From the NCBI GenBank assembly GCA_965242925.1, contig CBDEUM010000022.1, forward strand, positions 32,001 through 96,000: a stretch of DNA of 64,000 nt, written 5' to 3'. Shown piece by piece: positions 10,901 to 23,783 of this stretch. Position numbers and translations under genes: made by a program. Under the pieces are notes generated by a model. It was given only the letters and a program-made list of their open reading frames with translations. It did no database searches and was not told the origin of the DNA. Every line of letters begins with the position of its first letter. The first letter of the stretch is position 1. The DNA comes from Roseibacillus sp. Lineage in GTDB: Bacteria; Verrucomicrobiota; Verrucomicrobiia; Verrucomicrobiales; Akkermansiaceae.

Positions 10901-12325
10901 CTCATGCGCTTCGCCGACCGCACCCATCGGCATCTCTTCAATGGCGGAGCCCTCTCGCCAGCGACCGCCGGTGCGATCTGGAGGGCCCGCTCGGACCTGA
11001 TGGACCGGGCCGTGGTGGCGGAATCCGCACGCTGGGGGGATTTCCGCTACGACGTCGACCCCGGACGATGGCAGCAATCGGACTTTGATCGCTACACCAG
11101 GAACGACCACTACCTGGAGAACCAGTCCTGGATTCTCCGCACCTACATCCCCCGGCGTGGCGGCGTGCTCCTGAGTCAATTGCGCAGCCGCGGTCTCTAT
11201 CCCGCCACCAATGCCCCCCGCTTTCGCCAGCATGGAGGTAACGTGGCACTCGGACAGGCGCTCACCATCAGCAATCCCAACCCTGAAGGGATCATCTACT
11301 ACACCACGGACGGCTCCGACCCCCGTGATCCTGACGCAGGTGGCAACTTAGTCTCCCCAAGTGCCGTCCCCTACACCACCCCCCCCGTCTTCACCGGGAG
11401 CGCCCTCCTGCGGGCCCGCGTCCTCAAGGGCACGGAATGGTCGGCCCTGAACGAAGCCCGTTTCCTCGCCGGCGCTCTCGCGGACTCCTCCACTCTTGCT
11501 CTTTCGGAGCTCATGTACAACCCGCCCGGACCATCCGAAGACCACGAGTTTGTGGAACTGGTCAACCACTCGGACACGGAAACCATCGAACTGGGCCAGG
11601 CGGAATTCATCACGGGGATCGCCTTCACCTTTCCCCTCAACACCCGCCTCGCCCCGGGAGAACATCTTCTCCTGGTCTCCAACCGGACCGCCTTTGAAGC
11701 AACCTACGGATCCGACCTTCCCGTGGTGGGCGAATATGCGGGCCTGCTCGACAACGACGGCGAACAACTTGTCATCGCAGACTCTCTCGGCAACATTCTG
11801 CTGGATTTCACCTACAATGACGGCCCCCAATGGCCCGCCCAGGCCGACGGGGCAGGCCACAGCCTGGTGCTGCGGCGTCACGATCCTGCCAGCGATCCCA
11901 GCGACGCCCTGAACTGGCGCAACAGCTCCGAATCCATGGGAACCCCGGGAAGCTCCCACCGCACCACCTTCAACGGCGATCCCTCCGCCGATAACGATCA
12001 GGACGGTCTGGAAGCCCTCCTGGAGTATGCAACGGGAAGCAGTGATTCCATCCCGGGGCCTGACACGGGAAGTCCCCTCCTGGCCCTTGACCAGACGGGA
12101 CATCTCACCGTGACCATCCGGCTCAATCTGCTCGCTTCCGACCTCGGGACAACCCTCGAGCGAACCAGCGACCTGGCCTCCTGGGAGGCCCTCACGGGAT
12201 TCGAACGCACTGCCATCATACGAGACCCCCTACAGGGCACCGCCCTCGTGGTCTACCGTGCGACCGCTCCCCTTCCGGACGGACCGGACCGGGCCTTCCT
12301 CCGCCTGCGGGTGACCAGACCTTGA
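7996..12325 (+). CDS. Secreted LamG / lamin-tail / FN3-associated / CotH-kinase protein (~1440 aa), split by a +1 frameshift at ~10602-10603
   Basis: ORFs 7996-10644 and 10568-12325 join as …NIADPARY|AAIQDYLDVDSLIDYM if one C is removed. CotH motifs QGGSSR, HLYLNGLYWGLY..HER, LPWDSE. LTD motifs VISEF…DWIEIHN and LSELMYNP…EFVELVN. Confidence 0.85.
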
Positions 12326-12356
12326 GGAACTGGAAGGAATAGAGCTCAGCCCCTTC

Positions 12357-12389
12357 CCTGCCAGGATCCCACGACGGGAACCTGGCAGG
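12357..12389. terminator. GC-rich hairpin between convergent genes (possible bidirectional terminator)
   Basis: CCTGCCAGG-A-TCCC acgac GGGA-A-CCTGGCAGG: 13 bp stem with one mismatch, no U-tract. Confidence 0.6.
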
Positions 12390-12415
12390 AGGATCTGCGA
12401 GATGGACATGCCCCT

Positions 12416-15400
12416 TTACGGAGCAGGAACCGTCACCAGCAGGCGGTAAATCTCCCGCGCTTCCCCGCCAGTGGTGTCGGTGGCGGTGTTGGCGGCACCA
12501 TCCGCCGCTGCGGTAAAGCTGTCCATGACCGGCACCTCGGGAAGTCCACTGGTGGAGGAGAGCACCTCGTAGGTCCGTCCCGCAAGGATCGGCCCATAGG
12601 TGATCTCAACCTGCGTGTCGCTTACGTGGACGACCTCGAACACCGGTCGTTCACTTCCATCGCTGGCGCTGGTTCCCATGAGATACTCGGAAAGAGCATC
12701 CCAGCTGTCGTTATCACTATCGCTCCCGGCATCAGCGGGATCGTTCGGGTTGAGGCCGTTCGCGAGTTCGTAATCGTCCGGGATCCCATCATTGTCCGAG
12801 TCCCCGGCCACGAGAGTAGCGACAGTGATCGCACCCGTGAGTGGGCCACTCCCGTCTTCGTCACCATCATCAACAAGGACATCAATGACAACCGGGGAGG
12901 TGCCATTGGGCAGGAATTGCACAGCCGCCAGGGCTGCATTCACCGCCCGGACAGTCCCGGTGATGGTCCAGATTCCAGTGGCCGGATCGTAAGTCGCACC
13001 CGTGGGCTCGGTGAGATTACCATCCCCGGGGCTGAGGCTCAGGGTGGCGGTCACCTCCTCGGGTGCACTCGAGGCCAAGATCGAGAAGGGACTCGCATCA
13101 ACCGCATGCCAGAGACGTGCGGAACTGATGGTCCCCTCCATCGGGAATGAGCCAGTATCGTCGAAGATCCCGTTGGAGTCGGTTCCAAGTCCACCACGGG
13201 CCCCATCCGCATTCTGTCCCACCCGGATCGTGTCGTCCCCGCTCCAGTTGGACCGGGTCCCACGACTCGTCAGGTTCACGGTGGCCTGCCCCAATCCGTT
13301 CACCGAGTAGGTGATCGCGTCCAGACTGGCGACCACTGCAAGCTGGACCGGCGAATCGAGCGGCAAGACCGCATCTGCGAGCGGCACGCACACGTTTCCA
13401 TCCGTCCAGTCGGTGTCGTTGAAGCTGGAGGGAATATCCGCAGGAGCGGAATTCATCTTGCTCACGAAATATGGAATACCATCGATGAGATAGATTCCGG
13501 TCCCGTTGCTGGTGCCACCGATCTCAGCCACCCGCACCGTTCCGAAGTCGTCAAATCCGGACGGCTGGAAGGTGATCTCAAACGCAAATCCGGCATCGGC
13601 ATCCGGGTCTGGGACGAGATTAAGGGAGTCCTCATGGTTTGCCGGGTGGTCATACTGCGGCGCCTGCCCGGTGGTGATCACCGAATCGTTGGGATCGGTG
13701 ACCACGATATCGTCAAGATCCACCGGCCCAGCCTCGTATCCGATGTTCTGCACGAGGTTGGTGGCACTCGGGGCCAGTTGCGGAATATAGAGGACGGAAT
13801 CATCGATCGACACACTGTCCTCCGTCACCGCACCGCCCGCGACCGCGTTGGCCGCTCCCTTCGCAACGGAGATGACGACCAGGCCTCCGCTGGTCATGCC
13901 CGTGATCGATACGGTGTAAGTGTCTCCCGAACCGCTCACGCTGGCGGAAAGGGGACCCGTGTCGGTGCTGGCGGAGAGATCGATATCCCCCGCCTCAAAT
14001 CCGGTGACCGCCTCACTGAAGACGACCGAGAACTCAATGGGTGAACTACCAGCCGGGTCGTCCTGCCCTGCTGCCTGGTCGATGGCCACCGTCGGTCCTT
14101 CGTTGACGTAGAAGACCAGATCGTGGGTCATGGACTTGGGGCCTCCCGGTCCCGTACTTCCCCCGTCATCAATGGTGAAGGAGATCACCGCATCCCCCCC
14201 GGTCACCCCGTCGGTGGTGGAGATGACACCTGCGGCCAGGCTGGCATTGATATCGTCCAGAGTCCCCGTGAGGGTGAGGGTAGCCGTTCCACTGCCTCCC
14301 ACCACCGCAGGTCCACCCGCGGAGAAGGTCAGGGGCGCCCCTCCGCTACTCTGGAAGGTGGCCGTGAGTTCTCCCGTCCCGGCGTCAACATCATCCACCT
14401 GCAGGGTGTCCAAGGTGGTCCCGGTGGCAATGAAGGTGGCGGGCAGAACCGTGGATCCCCCGTCCCCCAGCGCCTCTCCCGCGAGGGTGGCGGTGGGGGG
14501 AGCGTTTCCAGCGATCCCCCCAACCGTGAGATCGTCGATGAGGATTCCGCTGCTTTCCGTGTCCTCCTCACTCGCATTGAGACTGAAGAGGATGGAACTG
14601 ATCTGGCTGGCCCCGCCGGCATAGGGCAGAACCCCGCTGGTGGAGTCGATGACCCCGTCCATGGGCCAGCGGTCAATGGCCACCCGGAAACCGCCGGAGG
14701 TCAGGGAGAGAATCAACCGGCTCTGCTTGGTCTCCAACTCATTGGAGCCGGTATTATCAAAGTCAGCTGCCTGGCCCAGGGGAGTCAGCTCCCCGGCCGA
14801 ATCAACATGGTGCAACTGTTCATTATGCGGCGCGGTATTGTTGGCACTGACGTAGAGTTCGAAGGATTTCTCGCCCGCATCATCGAGCCCGATGATGCGC
14901 CAGCTCTTGGCTTCCGAATTGCCCACCGTCCGGCGGTTGCCAAGGTTCATCGAGATGAAGGCCGCGTTGGACCCCGAAATATCGGCCGGGGAGGCAAGTC
15001 GTGCCTTGATCTCACCCGATCCCGGCACGACGCGGTCAAGGACCAGGGCTTCGTCGATTCCATCACCATTCGCGTCGTCAGTCTCAAAATAGATTCCGGG
15101 CAGTTTACCCGAGACGTTGAGAACCGGAATATCTTCCCATGATCCAACCGCGGTTCCGAGATTGGCGGCAAAGGGCGCATCCGAACCCACCTTTGAACCG
15201 TTCGGAGTGCCTGGGTCTCCGAAGGGATCGACATTTTCGAAATCGGCCAGGAAGAGAAGGACTCCCACTCCGTCAGTGACCTCGGTGCTGGCCGAGGACG
15301 CCCCGCCAATCGATCCGCGGTCCACCGATTCGAGAGTGAGCGTGATCGTTTCGGCACCCTCAGCGACGCCATCGTCTATGGGGATGAAACTCAGGATCCC

Positions 15401-18400
15401 GGATGCCTCACCCCCGGGAATGACAAACGAGGTTTGTCCGAAGAAATCCTGCCCGTTCACAGCCGTTCCGGAATAACTGACGGTGATGGAGCGATCCGCC
15501 TGGGAGGCCACATCGGGGGTAACGGTGAATCCGAGGACCGATCCTTCCGGACCGCTGGCCTGGTTTTCGGCAACCGAGAAGACCGGATCGGACTGAACGT
15601 CGTTCAAAAGGGTCTCGGCGACCACCGGAACGCCCACCACCGCATTCCCATTGACGCTCTCAATGGTCACGATGATATTTTCCAGTTCCTCGTAGAGGTT
15701 GTCATCAAGGGCACTGATGGTCATCTGGGCAGAGTTTCCGCCATTAGGAATCTGCACGGTGGCAGCAGCGGAGAAGTCATCCCCTGCAGCAGCCAGCCCA
15801 CTGAAACTGAGGTTTACATCAACCGCACCGGAAACTGCCGCACTGGAGGAGAGGCTGAAGGTCGCGGAACCACCTTCGTCAACTTCGACCTGATCGGCCA
15901 CCAGCGAGATCTGGGGATCGGGATTGGTTCCCTCGACATCCACATTCACCGTCACGGTGGAGTTCACTTCCGTGTCGAGGCGGTAGGTATAGCTATCGCG
16001 CCCGCTGAGTCCCACCCCGACGTGATCGAACGCGTTGTTCGGGTCGTAAGTGATCGAGCCATCGGCCTGGAGAGTCACGGTGGCCCCGGAAGGAAGATCG
16101 ATGGGATTTCCGATCCCCGGAGATGCCGTCCCAGCGATCTCAAGAATGTCGCCCGGGACCGCTGGGATCGACGAACCGAAAATGGAATCGTAATTTGCGC
16201 TGATCTCCGCGGGCGTGAGGAGGAACGGGTAAGTCCGGGCCAGTGAGATCTCGCCGTCATAGTCGGTCAGCGTCCCCAGACTGAGGGTGCCAAAATTTCC
16301 CAGATTGGGATCGGCTCCACCAACGTCGGACTGCCGGCGGCCGAGACCACCGTCATCCGTGCCACACCAGTCGGCAAGGTTGCCGCCGCCCCGGTGTCGA
16401 TATTGAGCGCAATCCCGGTGTCAACCAGTTGGCCGTTGATGAAGATACTGGCGGTGTCGTTGGTGAGATTGATCTGAGCTACAACGTGAACAAAGTCACC
16501 GCCCGCAACCGCTCCAGGCGGAAGTTGGCCCACGGCCTGCACGACTTGGGTCCCATTGTCGAGGGAACTCCAGGCCACCTTGTCGTCAACGATCGTGAAG
16601 GACGACCCGTCGGTAAGACCGCCAACCTCCCAGAGAACCTCATTGCCCACATGGTCGCGGGGGCGAATAAGCATCTCGAGAGTGGCGTCGACCGTGTCGA
16701 TATCGCCGTAAGTGGCCTGCTCCATGTCGAGGTGAACGATGCCCTCTACCCCGGCAAAGTCATAGGTAGCGGCGATTCCCGCCGGGGCATTCACCGCAGC
16801 CGGATTGAAGGTCGCATCGATCACTCCGTTGCTGGGGATGGATGCCACGGTGGCCGAGCCGGTATTGAGCCACTGCGTGCTCGAATTTCCAATCGTGTCG
16901 GCGTGAAATTCCAAATTGAACCCGGGAGTAGGCGTGCCAAGCACACCGCCCGGCCTGCGGACCTGATCGTTGCCCAGGACCTCTAAGTTGACCGCGTTAT
17001 TGGCATCCGTGGAGACGTGGTCGTTGGTCGGCAACCCGGCCCCACCCGAAGTGATGGTGATGAGACCGGCCACCGCGCTCGTTCCATCGAAGATCGTGTA
17101 TCCAAAGCTTTCCGAGAGAGGGACTCCGGGAACCAGGCTCAGCAGAAGGGACGAGGTGCTGACATCGTAGTCAAGAGTTCCGTCCGAGGAGACGCTCACG
17201 GTCGCGCCAAACTGCGAAGTGAAAACCAGCGGCACCAATTCAAAGTTGAGCGTATCACTGGTGACCGCTCCCCCACCTCCGAAGATCTGCTGGGTGACAT
17301 TGGAGACGGTGAGGATATCCGAGGCATCAACGTCATTCTCATTGCTGAGCAGGTTAAGGGTTATTCCCGATCCGTTGATACTGGTGACGCTTTCGTTGAC
17401 CGCCACGGGGTCGTCATTCACTCCATTCACCAGAATGCTCACCGTTGCCACCGAGACATTTCCCTGGAAGTCACCCACCGTATACGTGAAGGTATCGACA
17501 CCCTGTTCTCCCACCGCAAGAGCCTGGAGAGCACCCGCCGAACCGGGATCATAGCTGAAGGTTCCATCCTGGGCCACGGTTACTGCAGCACCCTCCGCAC
17601 TGGTGGCATCGAAGTTGATCACTCTGAGCGCGGTACCGGTATCATTGTCAAGCAGGCTGAAGGACGCTCCAGGCTCGAGGAGAAACAGGTTGGTGTCTTC
17701 ATCCGTGATGCCGCTGTCATCGGCAAGAAGGGTAGTGATGCCTAGATTGATGACAAAGGTCCCGGCATCCGGGTTCGCCCCACCATCCGAAACGCTGAAG
17801 TCGAAACCCCCGGTCTGCTCGGCCGCATCGGCGTCAAAGGTGAGCAGATCGTTGTTCACGTCCTCCTGGGTGAAGGTCGCGCCCTCCCCGAGAGGGTTTC
17901 CTCCGAGGTTGAGCACCCCCCCGGTGATTACGCTCGTGATGGTGTAGATGAGACTCTCCGGTCCGGTGTTCGCATCGGAGGCAAGGAGGGAGGTCTCATC
18001 CGTAATGACAGTGCCGATTGATCCCACCAGGACATTGAGGGATGCATTGAAGCTGATCTGCGGGTCAACGGAGGGGAAGAGAGACTCGATGTGAACACCC
18101 TGCAGGCCGAGGTCATTGCCCGGGACGCTGCCGCCCGCGCCGAGGGCCTGGGAGTTGACCTCCACCGTGTCTGTGGCGGTGAGCGAGGCCAGGAAGCCGG
18201 ACCAGTTCCCATTCTGATCGATCTGGTTGTTCCGGGAGTAGCGGGTCGACCCGCCGTAGGCGGTGGTCCCGTTGACCTTCCAAGTCTGCCAGGGGACCTG
18301 GCGGTCGGTGGTGTCCTCGAGACAGAAGAAGCCGGAGAGGAAGAGGTAGGTGCCGGTCTTATTGACGGTCACCGCGCTCGTGCCGGATGTGTGGCTGAAA

Positions 18401-19560
18401 GCGAGGCCCGTCGGGCTGACCGGGGTGTCGAAATTCACGGATGCTCCGGGGGCGGCGGTATTGAGGTCCTGGCCGGAATTGTCGCTGAGGCTGAGGTAAC
18501 TTCCGGCGGAGGGAAGTTGCACGATCGCCAGACCGGTGCCGGCACTGGTGACAGTGCAGTTGACGCCCTGCTCCTTGGAGGTCTGCACATTGAGGATCTG
18601 GCCGGCGGTGGCCTGCACAATCGTTCCGATTGCCAGCACGCCGTCGTGGCACCCGTCATCGTTCGGGTGACCCCGCACGTAATTGGTGGTGGTGGATCCT
18701 GCAACGGGCGTGCCGTCCAGCGTGAGGCGTTGGGTGTAACCAGTGCGGGCGGTGCTGGTGAAATTGGTGCTGAGAAGGGAGGTGTTGCCCATCACGAGGT
18801 AGCGGCCACCCTGGTTGAAGGTGATGTCGGTGCCAGAGCTGAGGCTCATCGCACCCGCGGAGGCCTCATCGACCTGGTCGTAGAAGACTTCCAGAAAAGT
18901 GGCGTTCCCGGCGGCGGCCTGGTCGAGAGTGTTGGAGAGGCGCAAGCAGTCCCATGTGTCCTCCAGTTTCAGGAACTGGATGCTGGTCGCGCCGCCGATG
19001 AGGTTTTTCGCGCTGCTACCGTTCTCGTCGGTGCGAGTGCCGTGCAGACGCAGGATGTCGCCGGTGGCGGCCGCTTCCACGATGGTGCCGCCCGAGACCA
19101 CGGCCTCGTTGGCGCCACTGCTGGTCCGGATGTAACCCTGCGCCCTACCGTATTTCAGATCGACCGGGGCACCTCCTCCCGCTGGTTCGAGGGTGAGGCG
19201 GGTATTGATCTCGGCGCGTTGGTCGCCACTGCTGTGATCCCACCGCGTGCTGTAGAGCACGAGGTATTTGCCCTGGCTGAGAACATGATCTGCGGAGGCG
19301 GCGAAGTCGCTGGCGGCCAGGACATCGCGGTCGAACAGGATAGCGATGTCATCGCCAGGGTTGGTGGCGAGGTTCGCGGCGTTCTGGTTGCTTCGAAGCA
19401 CGATGTCGCCGGGCGTTCCACTGATCTGGGCATTCAGGGAGGAGCAGGACAGCGCGAATACCGTTGCCGATCCTGCGGTGCAGCTAAAGAGGCGGATGAG
19501 TGAACTGAGGTTCAAGGGCATGGATTGACGTAGGTTTGATTGTTTGGCGAACGATGCCAT
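12416..19560 (-). CDS. Giant secreted adhesin-like protein B (~2380 aa), paralogue of 816-7094, split by a -1 frameshift at ~16383-16384
   Basis: Adding one G joins …NIDTGAA|GNLADWCGTDDGGLGRRQSDVGG, matching paralogue A NNGAAGNLADWCGTDAGGIGRR. That frame runs without a stop into ORF 12416-16078. The start may be 19521 (MPLNL). Confidence 0.88.
18069..19397 (-). repeat. Right arm of the ~1.33 kb inverted repeat (partner 925-2256)
   Basis: Reverse complement matches 925-2256. The 3-nt length difference corresponds to LRGTGLSSIQ vs LIGGATSIQ. Confidence 0.95.
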
Positions 19561-19770
19561 CTCAAGAGTCCCCGGAGTCTCGGGATCCTGCAGATCGGCA
19601 CCTTTTTAGTGTGCCCCTAACTCATCCAAAAAGATGACCCCCTGCAAGCACAGGATGTGAACAAGGTCACCCCGGAGAACACCTCTTCTGACAATCAACC
19701 TTTCAAGATTTCACAGGGATTCCAGGTTTTCCGAGAATGAATCCCCACCCATCCATCCCGAGAGCGAATT

Positions 19771-22700
19771 TCAAACCTCCTCCGCGGAAAGCCACCGAAA
19801 CTGGATCACCCGGAAGCGCCGACCGAATCTCCGGTTGGTCTCATTGACCAGCTCCGACTGTTTTCGATGGGCGGGGTCTCCCCGGTCACCGGTCGCCTGC
19901 AGATACTCCGGGACACGTTGCACCACGGCCTCACACCAGGCCCGAGCCTGGACCTCCCCCGCGGGGTCAAGGGAATCGCCGTAGGCGCGCACTACAAAGG
20001 TGTCCCCCCGGGGCGTCAGTTGCCCCCCGAAATTGCGCAGGATGTCCGCCTGATCGACATAGGCGGCACTACCATAGGCCACGGGCCCCTCAAGCGCTTC
20101 CGGGAACGCCGGATCGAGCCGCCCGATTTCCTCCTCGGAAAAGGTCCGCACGGAGTTGCGGAATCCTTCGTTGATGCGGACATCCGGGTCATCAAGGGCG
20201 GATTGGAGAGCCCCCTTGACGCTCAGGCTCCGGTTCCCGCCGTCCAGGCGCCGATTGACGAACTCCGAAAGGGAGAGGAAGGGACCACGCCGTTTGACCT
20301 GCTTCACCATCGCCCGGGCAAGTTCCTCGATCTCTCCGTCCGTCAGCGAACGCCAGGCGATCCACTGTTCCACTTCGATCGGGTCTGCAGAGCTGCCCTC
20401 GTAGGCAGTTCCGTTGGCCATGCTGCCCGGAGCGACCGGCAGGCCCTCGGCCGTTTCGGCCCGGATGGGCACACCTTGTCCGAGCGATTCCTCCAGCGCA
20501 AGGGTCGCCACCGCTTTGCCCCGCAGGCTGGAGAAAAGTGCCCGCCAGGCATCCACCGAGGTCGAGTTCACATTGAAGGGTCCCTCCACGAGCAGGTGGG
20601 AGGCCATCGATTCCGCACGCTCCAGAGCGGCATCACCCGGTCCGAAAAGCTCGCCCAGAAGATTCTCGGTGATCCCGCGGCGATAAGGAACGAGACGCCG
20701 GTTGGGGAGCTCCTTGTCTTCGAAGAAGGCTCGATGGGCCACCTCCTCTGCCGAGAACTTCCGGTCCCCCTCGTAAATCTCGACCAGGTGCGGGGCAATG
20801 GAGGAGAAAAAGTAATCGTCCCAGAGCGCCTTGTTCGCGAGATAAGAATGATCAACCATTGGAATGTTTCTCGGTCCGTTCGCCTGGGTGTAGTGACGGG
20901 TCCACGAACCCACCGCTTCCTCCGCCCCCAGGTAGGGGTGGGCATAGGAATTCCCGATGGCCTGGACCATCTGCGGGAACAGCCCGTTCGCTCCGGTGGC
21001 GGTGGTGAACTGGTAACTGACGCGCGTCTCTCCCGCCCCGGGACCAAGGTGGTCGTTGGCCAGACTGTAACCCCCGAGTCGCGCGTGACTGAGGGAGGCG
21101 ATCGAATGAAGGGGCGTGAGAGGCACCTCCTGCTGGACCAGGTGCGTGGTGCCATACTCGGCGGAGTAGCCGCCACCGTAGTAGGAATTGACATTGTTGG
21201 GATCCACCTGCACGGCCGCTTCGAGAACGGAATTGATATCCTGCACCCACCAGTTCCAGCCATGGTGGTAAAATGAGTCATGATCCTCGCGATCCACGAA
21301 GGGGCACGCGACAATGGGGGTGGAGTGGAGGAAGGGCCGGGAGGCGAAACGACGTCCGTGTGCGTCACCGGTGGTAGCATGATAGACCTCGCAACCCGCG
21401 GTCAGGCTCACCAGCAGGAAGGGGCGGGTCTGACCGATGATCTCGCGGCCCGGAATGGGAGGGAACTCGATTTCGTCCCGTTCCCCGGGAAAGCCCTTTC
21501 TCATCAATTCCCGGTGGAAGTCGATCGCGGCCTCGCTTTCCCTTCCGCCCGGCCCCTTTTCATGCATCCGGGATATCATCTGGAATTGACGCCGCATCCA
21601 CCTGTTGTCGCCCGGCCCACCCTCACCCTGCCTTACAACGCTGGACTGGCGAAAAAGAACTGGAGGGCTGCTCCATTGGCCAGGTCGGGGTTTTCGGCGG
21701 CTGAGATACTGAAGGAGATCTGGTCATTGGCATCAAAGCTGAGAGCCCCGCCGATCCCGTCGTCATTGCGTCCACCTGGTCCCTGTCGTTCCTGCTCAAC
21801 GTGGGCCCGGTTGCCATTTCGATCAGAGCGTGGGAGTTCCAGCCATTTGTTGGGATCCCACCCGGCTTCCACTTCACGAATCGGGCGGTACTGGTTGGTG
21901 TCCTCGATCAGGGCGCCTTCCGCCGGTCCGCTGGTCTGCTGCAACGAGAAAACCCGCACTTCCCCCGGGGCGAAGACGATAGGATTCTGTCCCCCCACGA
22001 ACAACTCGAAGCCCGTGTGACGGTCCCCACCACCGGTGCGGAAAACCCCCGCCCCGTAGCGATCGCGGTTGGTGATCCACGATAGCGAGGTGGGCCGCTG
22101 CGATTCATAGGATCCGTTCGCACCCACTTTTTTCCAGCGCAGGGCAATGGGCAGGTTGAAAAAGCGGATCTGGGTCGCGCGATCCGGCCCATGGTTCAGC
22201 ACGAGCGGCACGTTGTAGGGATTCCAGAGCGTGACCGCGGGGGTGATGCCGATGTGGACCTTGTAGCGACTCTGATTCGGATCCGTCCGCGGAGGACGCT
22301 GGCGCTGCTTACCGATGTAGCTCAGCAGAAACTGGATCTTCACCGGAACGGGCATGCGGTAGAGATTGGTGTATTCCCTCTTGAACCGGGATCCGGGGGT
22401 GAAGTCGGGATTGTTGACCTGGAGACGGTCCCGCCCGAGAGGATTACGCGCCTTCTGGCCCTGGTAGTCGACCTGCTCGCGATACAGCTGGTAGTAGGCC
22501 GCGAGATCCTGCAGGGGAACCCGATCGGAATTGCGGCCGAAGCGGTAGAGCATGAAATCGTTGCGCTGCTCGCGAAGCTCGATCGGTCGCTCGAGAAGCG
22601 CATTGAGGTCGCGTTTCAATCCCCCTTCCCGCACGTCAGCCAGCACCCCGTATGAATAGGGCGTGACATCGTGAAAGGTGCCCCGCACACGCTGCAAGTC

Positions 22701-23633
22701 ACCGGAAGGTAATTCCAGAGACCGACGGGTATGAATCCGGCGCAGAACCCCGGAGTCGTTGAGCCCCTCGAAGGCCTCAAGAACGTCATGGCCAGTCGAT
22801 CCGGCACTCATGGCACGGGCGAGCAACTCGTCCTTGCGAAGTTCCTCCCCGGAATCGAAGGCATCCGGGAGAATACGTGCCTTGGTTGATTCATCAGCGA
22901 CCCACCATGCATAGCGCCCGGCAGGATTCGCACCGGGACCGGGTTGGGAACCAATCCCCAGCAGAGCGCCGGACACCAGTTCCGAGTCCTGTGCAGCCGC
23001 GCCATAGGTGCCACGCCCCATCAGGAGGACCCCTTCACTGTCCTTGCCCGGGAAGCGTTCCCCTTTGAGGGGCAGGTTGCGGGCACTGTCGAGGGAGCGC
23101 CGCTGCTCCCTATTCATCGAAACGAGCCACGACCGGAAGTGGTCCCTGCGCTTCTCCTCGTAGGCCGGGGCCAGTCCCCGGTTCGCCGCCCCGGCGATCG
23201 TGCGATGCTCGCTGGGTTCGTCGCCTCCAAAACTCCGCCCTCCCGCAGCCCAGGCGTCCCACACTCCGGTCCAGTGCGGGTGAGCCACATCCTCGTCATC
23301 AGAGGTTTCCACCGAATCGTCCAGGATCGCGGCCGTAGCGGAGATGCGCTGGTCCGGTCCCAACTGCCGTTGCAATTCGCCCAGGGCCAGCATCAACGCG
23401 AGGCGCGCATTGGCGCGGGCCTCGGTTTGTGCATCAAGGAGCGTATTGGACCGCAGGGTGACCGTGGACAAGCTGAGAAGGCCCAGCGCGATCAGGACCA
23501 GCAGGGTCAGAATCATCACGGTAGTGATGAGCGAAAACCCCGGTTTGCCGGAGGCCTCTCCGATGGGTGCCAACCCTGCAGTGCATCGAACCATGGGTGT
23601 AAATACTGCGCTGCGCCCTGCGAGCGCATTCAC
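19771..23633 (-). CDS. Verru_Chthon cassette protein A-like / PilX-type giant pilin-like protein (~1290 aa), split by a -1 frameshift in the A5 run at 21652-21656
   Basis: N-terminal G|FSLITTVMILTLLVLIALGLL and ARANARLALMLALGELQRQLGPDQRISATA. C-terminal GPFLSLSEFVNRRL, QADIL…RGDTFVVRAYG, RAWCEAVVQR, FGRRFRVIQFRWL. Adding one base joins LQFFF|RQSSVVRQ…NRWMRRQFQM. Start codon uncertain. Confidence 0.8.
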
Positions 23634-23783
23634 ACTAATTGGTTACCCCGCGTAATGACATTGTCAATGCGAATGTGGCGGGCTTCGACTGGCTTCTGTG
23701 ACGGTTTTGTGTCCGGAATCGGCACGGAAAAGAGATTCCCTGCCCGGCATTGACGCGGAGAAGAAGAAGAGGCCAAATGCGGC

